From an uncultured Chloroflexia bacterium (GTDB lineage: Bacteria > Chloroflexota > Dehalococcoidia > UBA2979): a stretch of DNA of 64,000 nt. Below are positions 1 through 8,072 of the stretch, in pieces; the stretch's first letter is position 1, and every line of letters begins with the position of its first letter. Location of the stretch: NCBI GenBank assembly GCA_963728205.1, contig CAVSIV010000006.1, forward strand, positions 224,001 to 288,000, written 5' to 3'. The position numbers and the translations under genes were made by a program. The notes below the pieces were generated by a model. That model searched no databases. It saw nothing but the letters and a program-made list of their open reading frames with translations, and was not told the origin of the DNA.

Positions 1-710
1 GCGCGGCGGAGGACACGCACGTGCGCGTCGTCGTGCTGGCCGGCGTCGGCGATCACTTCTCGGCGGGGCACGACATCGGCACGCCGGAGCACCGCGCGGA
101 TCTCGAGGCGCGTCCCTACGAGGCGGGTGTGCGCGGCGCGTACAAGCGCACGTGGGACCTCAACGTCGAGAACACGCTCCGCTGGCGCAATCACCCCAAG
201 CCGACGATCGCCGCCGTGCAGGGCTACTGCATCTTTGGCGGCTGGATCATCGCCTCCGGCATGGACCTCATCGTCGCGGCCGACGACGCGAAGTTCCTGC
301 CGGCGATGCTGCAGTACTTCTCGATGCCGTGGGACCTCGGCGCGCGGCGCGCGAAGGAGATCCTGTTCGAGAGCCGATTCCTCACCGCCGACGAGGCGCG
401 CGACGCCGGGCTCGTGAACCGCGTGGTGCCGCGCGCGCGGTTGATGGAAGAGGTGATGGCGTACGCACACCGGGTCGCGGAGAACGACCCGTTCCAGCTG
501 CGCATGATCAAGCTCGCGGTGAACCAGGCGCAGGACGCGCGGGGGTTCACGACCGCGATCCGCGGCGCGTTCCAGAACTACCTGCTGGCGAGCCTGGCCG
601 AGCGCGACCCGGCGGCCGTGCGGGTCGACACCGGTGGGCGGCGCCGCCTGCCGGGGGTCGAGCGCGCGTTCCAGCACCTGGCGGACGCGCCGCCGCCCGC
701 CGACGGCTGA
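1..710 (+). CDS. Enoyl-CoA hydratase/crotonase family protein (5' partial)
   Basis: FSAGHD and KPTIAAVQGYCIFGG crotonase motifs; frame is open to the window edge. Confidence 0.9.
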   Translation, partial: AAEDTHVRVVVLAGVGDHFSAGHDIGTPEHRADLEARPYEAGVRGAYKRTWDLNVENTLRWRNHPKPTIAAVQGYCIFGGWIIASGMDLIVAADDAKFLPAMLQYFSMPWDLGARRAKEILFESRFLTADEARDAGLVNRVVPRARLMEEVMAYAHRVAENDPFQLRMIKLAVNQAQDARGFTTAIRGAFQNYLLASLAERDPAAVRVDTGGRRRLPGVERAFQHLADAPPPADG

Positions 711-797
711 TCGCGCGCCCCCCGCACGGCCGGCGAGCCCGCGCCCTCGGCTGGCGCGGGCTCGCATCATGGAAGAGACGCGAAAGGAGGCACGCCG

Positions 798-2381
798 ATG
801 ACCGTGGACGCCGAGCCCCTGCCCCGCTTCACCCTCCCCGACCTCGATGGCCAGCCCTGGAGCTTCCCGGGCGACCGCCACGCGCTGCTCTGCTTCGTGA
901 AGGAGGACTGCCCGACCTGCGGCATGTCGATGCCGCTGATCGAGACCGCCGCCGAGGCGTTCGGCGACGCGATCGACGTGCGCGTCGTCGGCCAGGAGCG
1001 CGACGGCAACGCCCTGCTCGTCGAGCGCCACGGCCTCCGCGCGCCGATGCTCGACGACACGGACCTGCACGCCTCGTTCGCGTACGACATCGAGACGGTG
1101 CCCACGATCATCCTCGCCGACCCCGACGGCTTCGAGGTGCGCCGCTTCGTCGGCTTCGGGCGCGACGACTGGGAGCACCTGTTCGAGGACCTCGGCGAGC
1201 TCTCGGGACTCGCGCCGCCCGACGTCGATTGGCGCGAGTACCCGCAGTCGCGCCCCGGCTGCGGGTCGCGGTCGGTGGAGCCCGGCATCTACGAGCGGCT
1301 GCTCGCGGAGTCCGAGGGCAGCCCGCTGCGCGCGCGGCGCATCGAGATTGCCGCGCACGACGACGTGATGGAGTTCCTCTTCGACCAGGGACTTACCGAC
1401 GGCCTCCCGGTCGTGCCGCCCACGCCGGAGCGCGTCCTGCGCATGCTCAGCGGCACGCGGCGCGACGCGCAGGAAGTGGTGGCGACGGTGCCGCCGAACC
1501 TCGCGCCGGCGACGGTGGAGAAGATCGCGATCAACGCGGTGATGGCGGGCTGCCGGCCGGAGTACCTGCCGGTGGTGATCGCCGCCGTCGAGGCGATGTG
1601 CACCGACGAGTTCAACATCCACGGCGTGAGCGCGACGACGATGGGCGCGACGCCGGTGATCATCGTGAACGGCCCGATCCGCGAGCGCATCGGGCTGAAC
1701 ATGCGGCTCGGCGCGCTCGGCGCGGGGCACCGCGCGAACGCGAGCATCGGGCGCGCCGTGCGGCTCGTGCTGCGCAACGTCGGCGGGGGGCGGCCCGGCG
1801 GGACCGAGCGCTCCACGCAGGGCAACTCGATGAAGTACACGGCGTGCTTCGCCGAGTGGGAGGAGCGCAGCCCGTGGGCGCCGCTCCACGTGGAGCGCGG
1901 CTTCGCGCCGACCGACTCGGTGGTGACGGTGTTCGCGGCCACGGGGCAGAGCCTGCTCGTCGACCAGACGTCGCGCACGGCGAAGCAGCTCGGCGGGTCG
2001 TTCGGGCTGCGGCTCGAGGGCTCGCACCACCCGCGCGCGCACGGCGCGGGCGACGTCTTCGTGGTGGTCTGCCCGGAGCACGTCGACACGCTGTGGCGCG
2101 ACGGCATGTCGAAGGACGCGCTCCGCGCGCGCATCCAGGAGGTGACCGCACGGCCGGCGCGGGAGCTGCTCGCGAACGACGAGGTCGGCGCCGGCATCCC
2201 GCCGGGCCGCGTGCCGGAAGCCGAGCTCGACCGACCGATCCCGAAGTTTCGCTCGCCCGATAACATCCACATCGTCGTGGCCGGGTCGGAGGCGGGGAAA
2301 TTCTCCTCGATCCTCGACGGCTGGGCGAGCGGGTCGGTCGGGTCGATCCCGACGAGCCGCAAGATCGAGGAGGTCCCATGA
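798..2381 (+). CDS. Redoxin (TlpA/AhpC-like, CPTC) domain fused to an uncharacterised DGLPVVPPT-type Cys-containing domain
   Basis: SD AAAGGAGG; N-term FTLPDLDG..KEDCPTC..TVPT thioredoxin fold; linker PGCGS; C-term DGLPVVPPT, GCRPEY, CFAE, CPEH; ATGA overlap with next gene. Confidence 0.85.
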   Translation: MTVDAEPLPRFTLPDLDGQPWSFPGDRHALLCFVKEDCPTCGMSMPLIETAAEAFGDAIDVRVVGQERDGNALLVERHGLRAPMLDDTDLHASFAYDIETVPTIILADPDGFEVRRFVGFGRDDWEHLFEDLGELSGLAPPDVDWREYPQSRPGCGSRSVEPGIYERLLAESEGSPLRARRIEIAAHDDVMEFLFDQGLTDGLPVVPPTPERVLRMLSGTRRDAQEVVATVPPNLAPATVEKIAINAVMAGCRPEYLPVVIAAVEAMCTDEFNIHGVSATTMGATPVIIVNGPIRERIGLNMRLGALGAGHRANASIGRAVRLVLRNVGGGRPGGTERSTQGNSMKYTACFAEWEERSPWAPLHVERGFAPTDSVVTVFAATGQSLLVDQTSRTAKQLGGSFGLRLEGSHHPRAHGAGDVFVVVCPEHVDTLWRDGMSKDALRARIQEVTARPARELLANDEVGAGIPPGRVPEAELDRPIPKFRSPDNIHIVVAGSEAGKFSSILDGWASGSVGSIPTSRKIEEVP

Positions 2382-2926
2382 CCAGCGCAGGCACGGATTC
2401 GCGGACGTCCACGGTGATCCTGGACCCGACCGACGAGCGGGAGCCGGTGCGCCGGCAGCTCGCGGCGCGGCCCGAGCACGTGAGCGGGACGGTCGGGCTG
2501 CTCGACATCTCGAAGCCGCGCGGGAGCGTGCTGCTCGACCGCGTGGAGGAGCTACTGCGCGAACGCGCCCCGGGCGTGACGGTGAAGCGCTACCGCAAGC
2601 CGACCTTCGCGAAGCCGGCGCCGGAGGACCTGCGCCGGCAGATCGCGCAGGAGTGCACGCTGGTGATCGAGGCGCTCGCCGACTGAGGGTCCTGCACGAC
2701 GTGCAGTGTGCACGACGCCGTCTGGTTCGAGATTCAGCACATCCCCGCGGTGTTCATCGCGTCGAGCGAGTTCGTGGAGGCCGCGGAGGCGCAGGCCGGC
2801 GCGCTCGGGTTGCCCGAGGTGCGTCGCGTGTTCGTCCCGCACCCGATCCAGGACGCGACCGACGAGGAGATGCGCGCCAAGGCGGACGCCGTGATCGACG
2901 CCGCGCTGGCCGCGCTGGTGGACTGA
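2378..2926 (+). CDS. UGSC-type selenoprotein (in-frame UGA at 2684-2686 read as Sec), 182 aa
   Basis: ORFs 2378-2686 and 2708-2926 are in one frame joined by TGA GGG TCC TGC ACG ACG TGC AGT (U-G-S-C-T-T-C-S); hairpins directly 3' of the UGA. Confidence 0.88.
2687..2720 (+). promoter_or_regulatory. Candidate bacterial SECIS hairpin
   Basis: CGTGCA-GTG-TGCACG (2700-2714) with a G-containing loop about 20 nt after the UGA; alternative stem CTGCAC-GAC-GTGCAG (2692-2706). Confidence 0.55.
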
Positions 2927-2944
2927 CGGCTCGCGTCGCCGCCT

Positions 2945-3037
2945 GCGCCCGCTTCGAGCGGCGCCTGGCCAAGGCGCTGAGCCGCTTCGTCCGCGAGCGC
3001 CCGCTTCGAGCGGCGCCTGGCCAAGGCGCTGAGCCGC
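2945..3037 (+). repeat. Two identical 41-bp REP-like units (family A), left of the transposase
   Basis: GCGCCCGCTTCGAGCGGCGCCTGGCCAAGGCGCTGAGCCGC at 2945-2985 and 2997-3037; internal hairpin GCGCCT-GGCCA-AGGCGC. Confidence 0.9.
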
Positions 3038-3133
3038 GTACGTGCAGAGCCGCAAGAGGCGTTCGCAGCCGCTTCGCCCCGTAATCCGACCGGCCGATGC
3101 GCCGCTCGGCCGAGCGCCCGCTACGGTGCGGCG

Positions 3134-3696
3134 GTGGAACGCGCCTTCTGGCTGCTCACGTGGACGACGTACGGGACCCGCCCGGCGACCGCCGCGGGTT
3201 CGTGCGCACCGTGCGCGACGGCCCGGGCTCGCGGCGCCGCCACAACACCCCGCTGACTCCGATGGACCGCGACATTCCCGCACTCGACCGCTCCGCTCGG
3301 CGACTGTTGCGAGACGATCCGGTCCGGCTGTCCGCCGAGCACGCTCGGATCGTCGGTGCCGAGTTCGAGACGACCGCGCATGTCCAGGGGTGGTCGCTGC
3401 TCATCTACGCGATCATGTGGAACCACGTTCATCTCGTCGTCGGGTTGCCGAACCCGGGCGACTCGGCGGCCGCCGCAGATGCACTGCGGCGATTCAAGGC
3501 ATACGCGAGCAAGAGGATGAACGCCCGGTTTGGTCGTCGCGAGCGGTGGTGGACGCAGTCGGGTTCCAGGCGACTGCTTCCGGGCGAGCCAGCCGTGGTG
3601 GCGGCGGTGCGGTAGATGGCCGATCAACCGCAGTGCCTGGCGGTCCGCGTCGATCCGGAGTGGCGGGGAGTCGCGCAACTCGATCGTGAAGCGTGA
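3134..3696 (+). pseudogene. REP-associated tyrosine (Y1 HUH) transposase, frameshifted, with the catalytic Tyr codon position occupied by TAG
   Basis: FWLLTWTTYGT (frame from GTG 3134) shifts to PGDRRGFV at ~3180; YAIMWNHVHLVV HUH motif; FKAYASKRMN; AAVR*MADQ where Y-xxx-Q is expected (TAG 3613-3615). Confidence 0.8.
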
Positions 3697-3709
3697 CGCG
3701 CGCGGGCGA

Positions 3710-3761
3710 CGGGCGTTCGCGGACGGGCGGCTCAGCGCCTTGACCAGGCGCCGCTCGAAGC
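3710..3761 (-). repeat. Inverted REP-like unit (family A), right of the transposase
   Basis: 3727-3761 is the reverse complement of GCTTCGAGCGGCGCCTGGTCAAGGCGCTGAGCCGC; 3710-3726 also mirrors the left spacer region. Confidence 0.9.
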
Positions 3762-3833
3762 ACGTCGCTCGAAGCACGCCGCTCGAGGCGCGACGCCGTC
3801 CCTTAGACTCGCGCCCGCGGGAGAGGGACGGAC

Positions 3834-4602
3834 ATGCTCGGCAGCGCGCTCTTCGACCTCGGCGGCACGGCCGCCCTCGTGACCGGGGGGAACGGCGGGG
3901 ATCGGGCGTGGGATCGCGCTCGGCCTCGCGGCGGCGGGCGCGGACATCGTGATCGCGGGGCGCAACGAGGAGAAGACGCGCCGCGTCGTGGCCGAGGTCG
4001 AGGCGCTCGGGCGGCGGGCGGTCGGCGTGCGCTGCGACGTTCTGCAGCGTGGGGACCTCGATGCCGCGGTCGCGGCGGCACGCGAGACGTTCGGACGCCT
4101 CGACGTCCTCGTGAACAACGCGGGCGTCGCGGGCGGCGGGCGGCCCGAGGCGATCCCGGAGGACACGTGGGACCGCGTCGTCGACACCAACCTGCGGTCG
4201 GTGTTCGTCGCGTCGCAGCTCGCGCACCCGCTGCTCAAGGCGGGCGGCCGCGGCAAGGTGATCAACATCGGCTCCGAGTACTCGCTGTTCGGCAGCCCGA
4301 ACGTGCTCCCCTACTCCGCGAGCAAGGGCGGCATCATCCAGCTCACGAAATCGCTGGCGACGGCCTGGGCGCGCGACGGCATCCAGGTGAACGCGATCAT
4401 CCCGGGCTGGATCACGACCGACATGACGGCCGGCGTGAAAACGAACCCCGAGTTCCACGACCGCATCGTCGGACGCACGCCCGCGGGTCGGTTCGGCGAG
4501 CCGGAGGAGCTGGCGGGGACGGCGGTGTTCCTCGCATCCCACGCGTCGGATTTCGTCACGGGGCAGTCGATCCCGGTGGACGGCGGGTACTCGGTCGCCT
4601 GA
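3834..4602 (+). pseudogene. SDR oxidoreductase (KduD/FabG-like) with a single-base frameshift (or sequencing error)
   Basis: MLGSALFDLGGTAALVTGGNGG continues as IGRGIALGLAAAGADIVIAGR only after removing one G from GGGG 3897-3900; NNAG and YSASK motifs intact. Confidence 0.8.
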
Positions 4603-4692
4603 GTCGCGGACGCGCGCGCGTTGTGGGCGATCTTTCGACATCCCTGTGGACAAAGTCGGCTGCGCCCCCGGCGGCGTCCGTATCGTCGCGGG

Positions 4693-4800
4693 GTCAGGCG
4701 GGGGCGCCCTGAGAACCGAGTCTGCTGACAGGTTCGAGGGGCGGGCAGAGCTTCTCCTGGCAGGAGCCGCTCTCCGCTTCGGCTGAGGGCGGCTCTTTCG
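4693..4800 (+). ncRNA. Candidate orphan structured small RNA with terminator
   Basis: Between convergent genes; TATCGT -10-like hexamer at 4681-4686; stem 4693-4705/4750-4761; inner stems; 3' hairpin GAGCCGCTCTC/GAGGGCGGCTC followed by TTT. Confidence 0.4.
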
Positions 4801-4850
4801 CGTGCGCGCCCTCCGATTCCGCGCACGATCGGCGCCGGCCCGCGCACCCG

Positions 4851-5675
4851 CTAGTCGACGTCGAAGTCCCAGCGATAGATGCGCTTCGCGTTCTCCGCGT
4901 AGAACCGCGGCGCCACCTCGTCGCGCAGCGGCAGCGCGTCCAGCTCGTCGCGCGCGCGGTCCCAGGGGATCGTGGGGAACTCCGTGCCGAACATCATCTT
5001 GTCGCGGCCGCGCGTGTTGATGAACTGCAGCAGCGACTCCGGCCAGTACTTCGGCGCCACCGACGTGCACGACATGAAGACGTGGTCCCAGTGCGCGATG
5101 GTCGACGTCGCGACCTCGGTCCAGGGCTGCGCGCAGTGCGTCATGATCAGGTGCAGCTCGGGGAAGTGGTACGCGACCTCGTCGAAGTAGCGCGGGTCCT
5201 GCACCCAGCCCGGCCGGCGCGGCCCCGGCATCCCGGCGTTCATGCTCACGGCGATGCCCAGCTCGATCGCCTTCACGTAGAACGGCCAGTAGACGCGATC
5301 GGTCGGCGGCAGCGTGTAGCGGAACGGCGGGATGCGCAGGCAGCGCACGTTGTAGCGCTCGTGGTAGTCGACGACGCGCCGCACCTCGTCCATCCCGCGC
5401 GTGGGGTCGACGATCATCGCCGGCAGCACTTTCTTTGGGAACCGACGATGCGCGGCGCCGACCCACTCGGCGTGTTCGGGCTCCATGATCGAGATCACGC
5501 ACGCGCCGATGCCATAGCCGTCGAGGGTCCGCAGCAGCGCCTCGGGGTCGTCGAAGGTCGGCCGGCTCTCGATGTCGGTGAAGAGGTGGCCGAGCGTGCC
5601 GGAGCCGCTCTCGCCCTTGAGGTTGAGGAAGCTCGAGTTGATCAGCGAGTCGACCGCGCGGATGCGCTCTGCCAT
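4851..5675 (-). CDS. Amidohydrolase family 2 protein
   Basis: FPELHLIMTHC..PW, KMMFGTEFP, ENAKRIY pattern; start MAERIRAV. Confidence 0.85.
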   Translation of the reverse strand: MAERIRAVDSLINSSFLNLKGESGSGTLGHLFTDIESRPTFDDPEALLRTLDGYGIGACVISIMEPEHAEWVGAAHRRFPKKVLPAMIVDPTRGMDEVRRVVDYHERYNVRCLRIPPFRYTLPPTDRVYWPFYVKAIELGIAVSMNAGMPGPRRPGWVQDPRYFDEVAYHFPELHLIMTHCAQPWTEVATSTIAHWDHVFMSCTSVAPKYWPESLLQFINTRGRDKMMFGTEFPTIPWDRARDELDALPLRDEVAPRFYAENAKRIYRWDFDVD

Positions 5676-5677
5676 GC

Positions 5678-6730
5678 CTACGTCCTCTCCGCCTGCCCGG
5701 CCGACTCCCCCGCCGGCGCGAGCGCATCCTGCGCCTGCGCGAGCGCCGCGCGCCACGCCTCGAGGATGCGGTCCTCGCGCGCGTAGTCGAAGACGCCCGT
5801 CGCGCCGGGCGTGACCTCGCCCTCCGCGGGCGGGTTCGCGGCGAGCCAGCGCGCGGTGACGCGCGTCGCTTCCGCGACGTCGACGACGTCGCGATAGCCG
5901 AGCAGCGCCCGCGCCTTCGACATGTCGAGCACCATGCTCGACTTCTCGGCGAGCGGGTAGACGCCGCGGCAGAGATCGGCCGGCACGCCCACGAGCTCGA
6001 GCTCGGCGTCGAGCTCGTCGACGATGATCTCGGCGACGTGCCGCGCGCTGAGCACGCGCTCGTCGCCGCAGTTGAAGGCCTCACCCGCGGCCTCCGGGCG
6101 GGTGGCGGCGAGGTAGACGAGGCGGGCGGCGTTGTCGACGTAGCCGCGCTGGAAGTAGGCCATGCCGTCGTGCGGCAGCAGCATGAAGCGACGGCCGTCG
6201 AGGATGCGCTTCACCACCGCCCACTCGTGGGCGAGCGGCGCGCGCGGGCCGAAGATGCCGGGGTAGCGAACGATCACCGCCTCGAAGTCGCCGTGGCCGT
6301 GCTGCGCGAAGAGCTGGTCCTCGCCCTCCGCGACGCGACCGGTGTAGTTCGACGCGTCGCGCTGGCGCGGCGCGAACTCGGGCACGGGCAGCGGGATGCG
6401 GCCGGTCGGCGTGCGCTGGTTCGACCCATGGTAGACGGGCTGGCCGGTGATGCCGACGAGCCGCCGGGTCTTGCCGACGAGCGTGTCGGCGAGCGCGCGC
6501 AGCCGGCCGGAGGTGCACACCGCGACGTCCCACTCGCGCGCGCCGAGCGTGCGGGCGATGTCGTCGGGGTCGCGCGGGTCGCCATGCAGGTGCTCGACGG
6601 GCCCGGCGAAGTCGGCCTCGTGGCGGCCGGTGTGATAGATGGCGACGGCGTCGCCGGCGGCGAGGAAGGCGTTCACGAGCGGGACGCCGGTGGGGCCGGT
6701 GCCGCCGACGACGAGGACGGTGCGTGGCAT
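5678..6730 (-). CDS. NAD-dependent epimerase/dehydratase family protein
   Basis: VLVVGGTGPTG Rossmann motif; VRYPGIFGP; EAFNCG. Confidence 0.85.
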   Translation of the reverse strand: MPRTVLVVGGTGPTGVPLVNAFLAAGDAVAIYHTGRHEADFAGPVEHLHGDPRDPDDIARTLGAREWDVAVCTSGRLRALADTLVGKTRRLVGITGQPVYHGSNQRTPTGRIPLPVPEFAPRQRDASNYTGRVAEGEDQLFAQHGHGDFEAVIVRYPGIFGPRAPLAHEWAVVKRILDGRRFMLLPHDGMAYFQRGYVDNAARLVYLAATRPEAAGEAFNCGDERVLSARHVAEIIVDELDAELELVGVPADLCRGVYPLAEKSSMVLDMSKARALLGYRDVVDVAEATRVTARWLAANPPAEGEVTPGATGVFDYAREDRILEAWRAALAQAQDALAPAGESAGQAERT

Positions 6731-6785
6731 CAGGAACGGCTCCTCCGGTGCGGGCGACCGTGCACGCGCGGGCTCCTCAGCCCGC

Positions 6786-8057
6786 TCACGCGGGGCCGTT
6801 CGCCGTCGGATCGACGACGGCGCCTTCGGCGGCGAGGCGGTCGATCGCGGGGTCGGCGAGGCCGGCTTCGCGCAGCACTTCGCGCGTGTGCCTGCCCAGG
6901 ACCGGCGACGCGGCGCCGGCGGCCAGCGGCGTGTCGCTGAACTTCACGGGCGGCGCGACCACGGTCACGCCGCCGAGCAGCTCGTGCTCGAGCCGGACGA
7001 GGAAGTCGTTCGCCCACGCCTGCTCGTCGTCGAGCACCTGCTGCGGCGCCTGGTACGCCGCGACGGGCACGCCGTTCGCGCCGAACGCGGCAAGCCAGTA
7101 GGCCGTCGGGTGCTCGGCGAGGCGCGCACACACGCGCTCGTACGCGCGGTCGAGGTGGCCGGCCGCGTCCTCGGTCTCGAAGTCGGGGTCGGTCACCCAC
7201 GGGTCCTCGAGCTGCAACACCTCGAGGATGCGCCGCTGCACGACCCGCCCGCCGCCGGCGAGCGCGATCGTGCCGTCTTGCGTGGGCAGAAAGCCGTAGT
7301 ACGCGCGCGCCAGGCGCACGGGCATCATCGCGTCGCGCCGTTCGATCACGTCGGCCCACGTGTGGCCCTCGGCGAACGCGGTCTTCAGGTACTCGACGAA
7401 GTCGTGCCGCCAGCCGTCGACGGCGTCGACGTGGTTGACCGTGTTGTTCTGCAGCACGAGCGCGGCCTGCAGCAGCGCGACGTCGAGCTTCTGGCCGCGG
7501 CCGGATCGCTCGCGGTGGTAGAGCGCGGTCGAGATGCCCCACGCCATGAGCAGCCCGGCGGCGTAGTCGATGATCGGGTTCGCGAGCATCTCCGGCCCGC
7601 GCGGACCGAGGTGCGCGATGCCGGAATACGCCTGCAGCGCGACGTCCATGCCGGGCGCGTCGGCGCGCGGGCCGCGGCGCCCGTACCCGGTGTTCTCCGC
7701 GTAGATCACGCGCGGGTTGCGTGCGGCGACCGACGCATGATCGAGCCCCATGCGCTCCGCGATGCCCGGCCTGAAGTTCGCGATCACGACATCAGCGCGG
7801 TCGACGAGCCGGCGCACCGCCTCCACCACCTCGGGCCGACCGAGGTCGACGGCGAGGGAGCGCTTGCCGCGGTTCTTGTTGAGGTACTGGCGGCCCTCTC
7901 CGGGGATGACCTGGCCGTTGCGGCGCGTGTCGTCGCCGTCGAGCGGCTCGACCTTGATCACGTCGGCGCCGCCGTCGGCGAGCAGCTGCGCGCAGTAGGG
8001 CGCGGCGATGAAGCGCCCGAACTCCACGACGCGCAGCCCGGCGAACGGCCCCGTCAT
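6786..8057 (-). CDS. Family III CoA-transferase (CaiB/BaiF)
   Basis: GADVIKVEP..GD, NRGKRSLAVDL, NFRPG, catalytic IDYAAG. Confidence 0.93.
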   Translation of the reverse strand: MTGPFAGLRVVEFGRFIAAPYCAQLLADGGADVIKVEPLDGDDTRRNGQVIPGEGRQYLNKNRGKRSLAVDLGRPEVVEAVRRLVDRADVVIANFRPGIAERMGLDHASVAARNPRVIYAENTGYGRRGPRADAPGMDVALQAYSGIAHLGPRGPEMLANPIIDYAAGLLMAWGISTALYHRERSGRGQKLDVALLQAALVLQNNTVNHVDAVDGWRHDFVEYLKTAFAEGHTWADVIERRDAMMPVRLARAYYGFLPTQDGTIALAGGGRVVQRRILEVLQLEDPWVTDPDFETEDAAGHLDRAYERVCARLAEHPTAYWLAAFGANGVPVAAYQAPQQVLDDEQAWANDFLVRLEHELLGGVTVVAPPVKFSDTPLAAGAASPVLGRHTREVLREAGLADPAIDRLAAEGAVVDPTANGPA

Positions 8058-8072
8058 GCCGCGCGTCCCGCG

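Noticed and set aside
2945-3037. Possible mini CRISPR array
   Set aside because: Only two units, an 11-nt spacer, an inverted copy across a transposase and no cas genes; REP-like instead
3613-3615. Amber readthrough (pyrrolysine) in the transposase
   Set aside because: The position requires Tyr, the gene also has a frameshift, and no pyl genes are visible; nonsense mutation or error is simpler
4693-4761. tRNA-Sec, TPP riboswitch or SRP RNA
   Set aside because: GGTTCGA has no T-stem or cloverleaf and no UCA anticodon arm; CTGAGA lacks the rest of the TPP core; no SRP GGAAG motif
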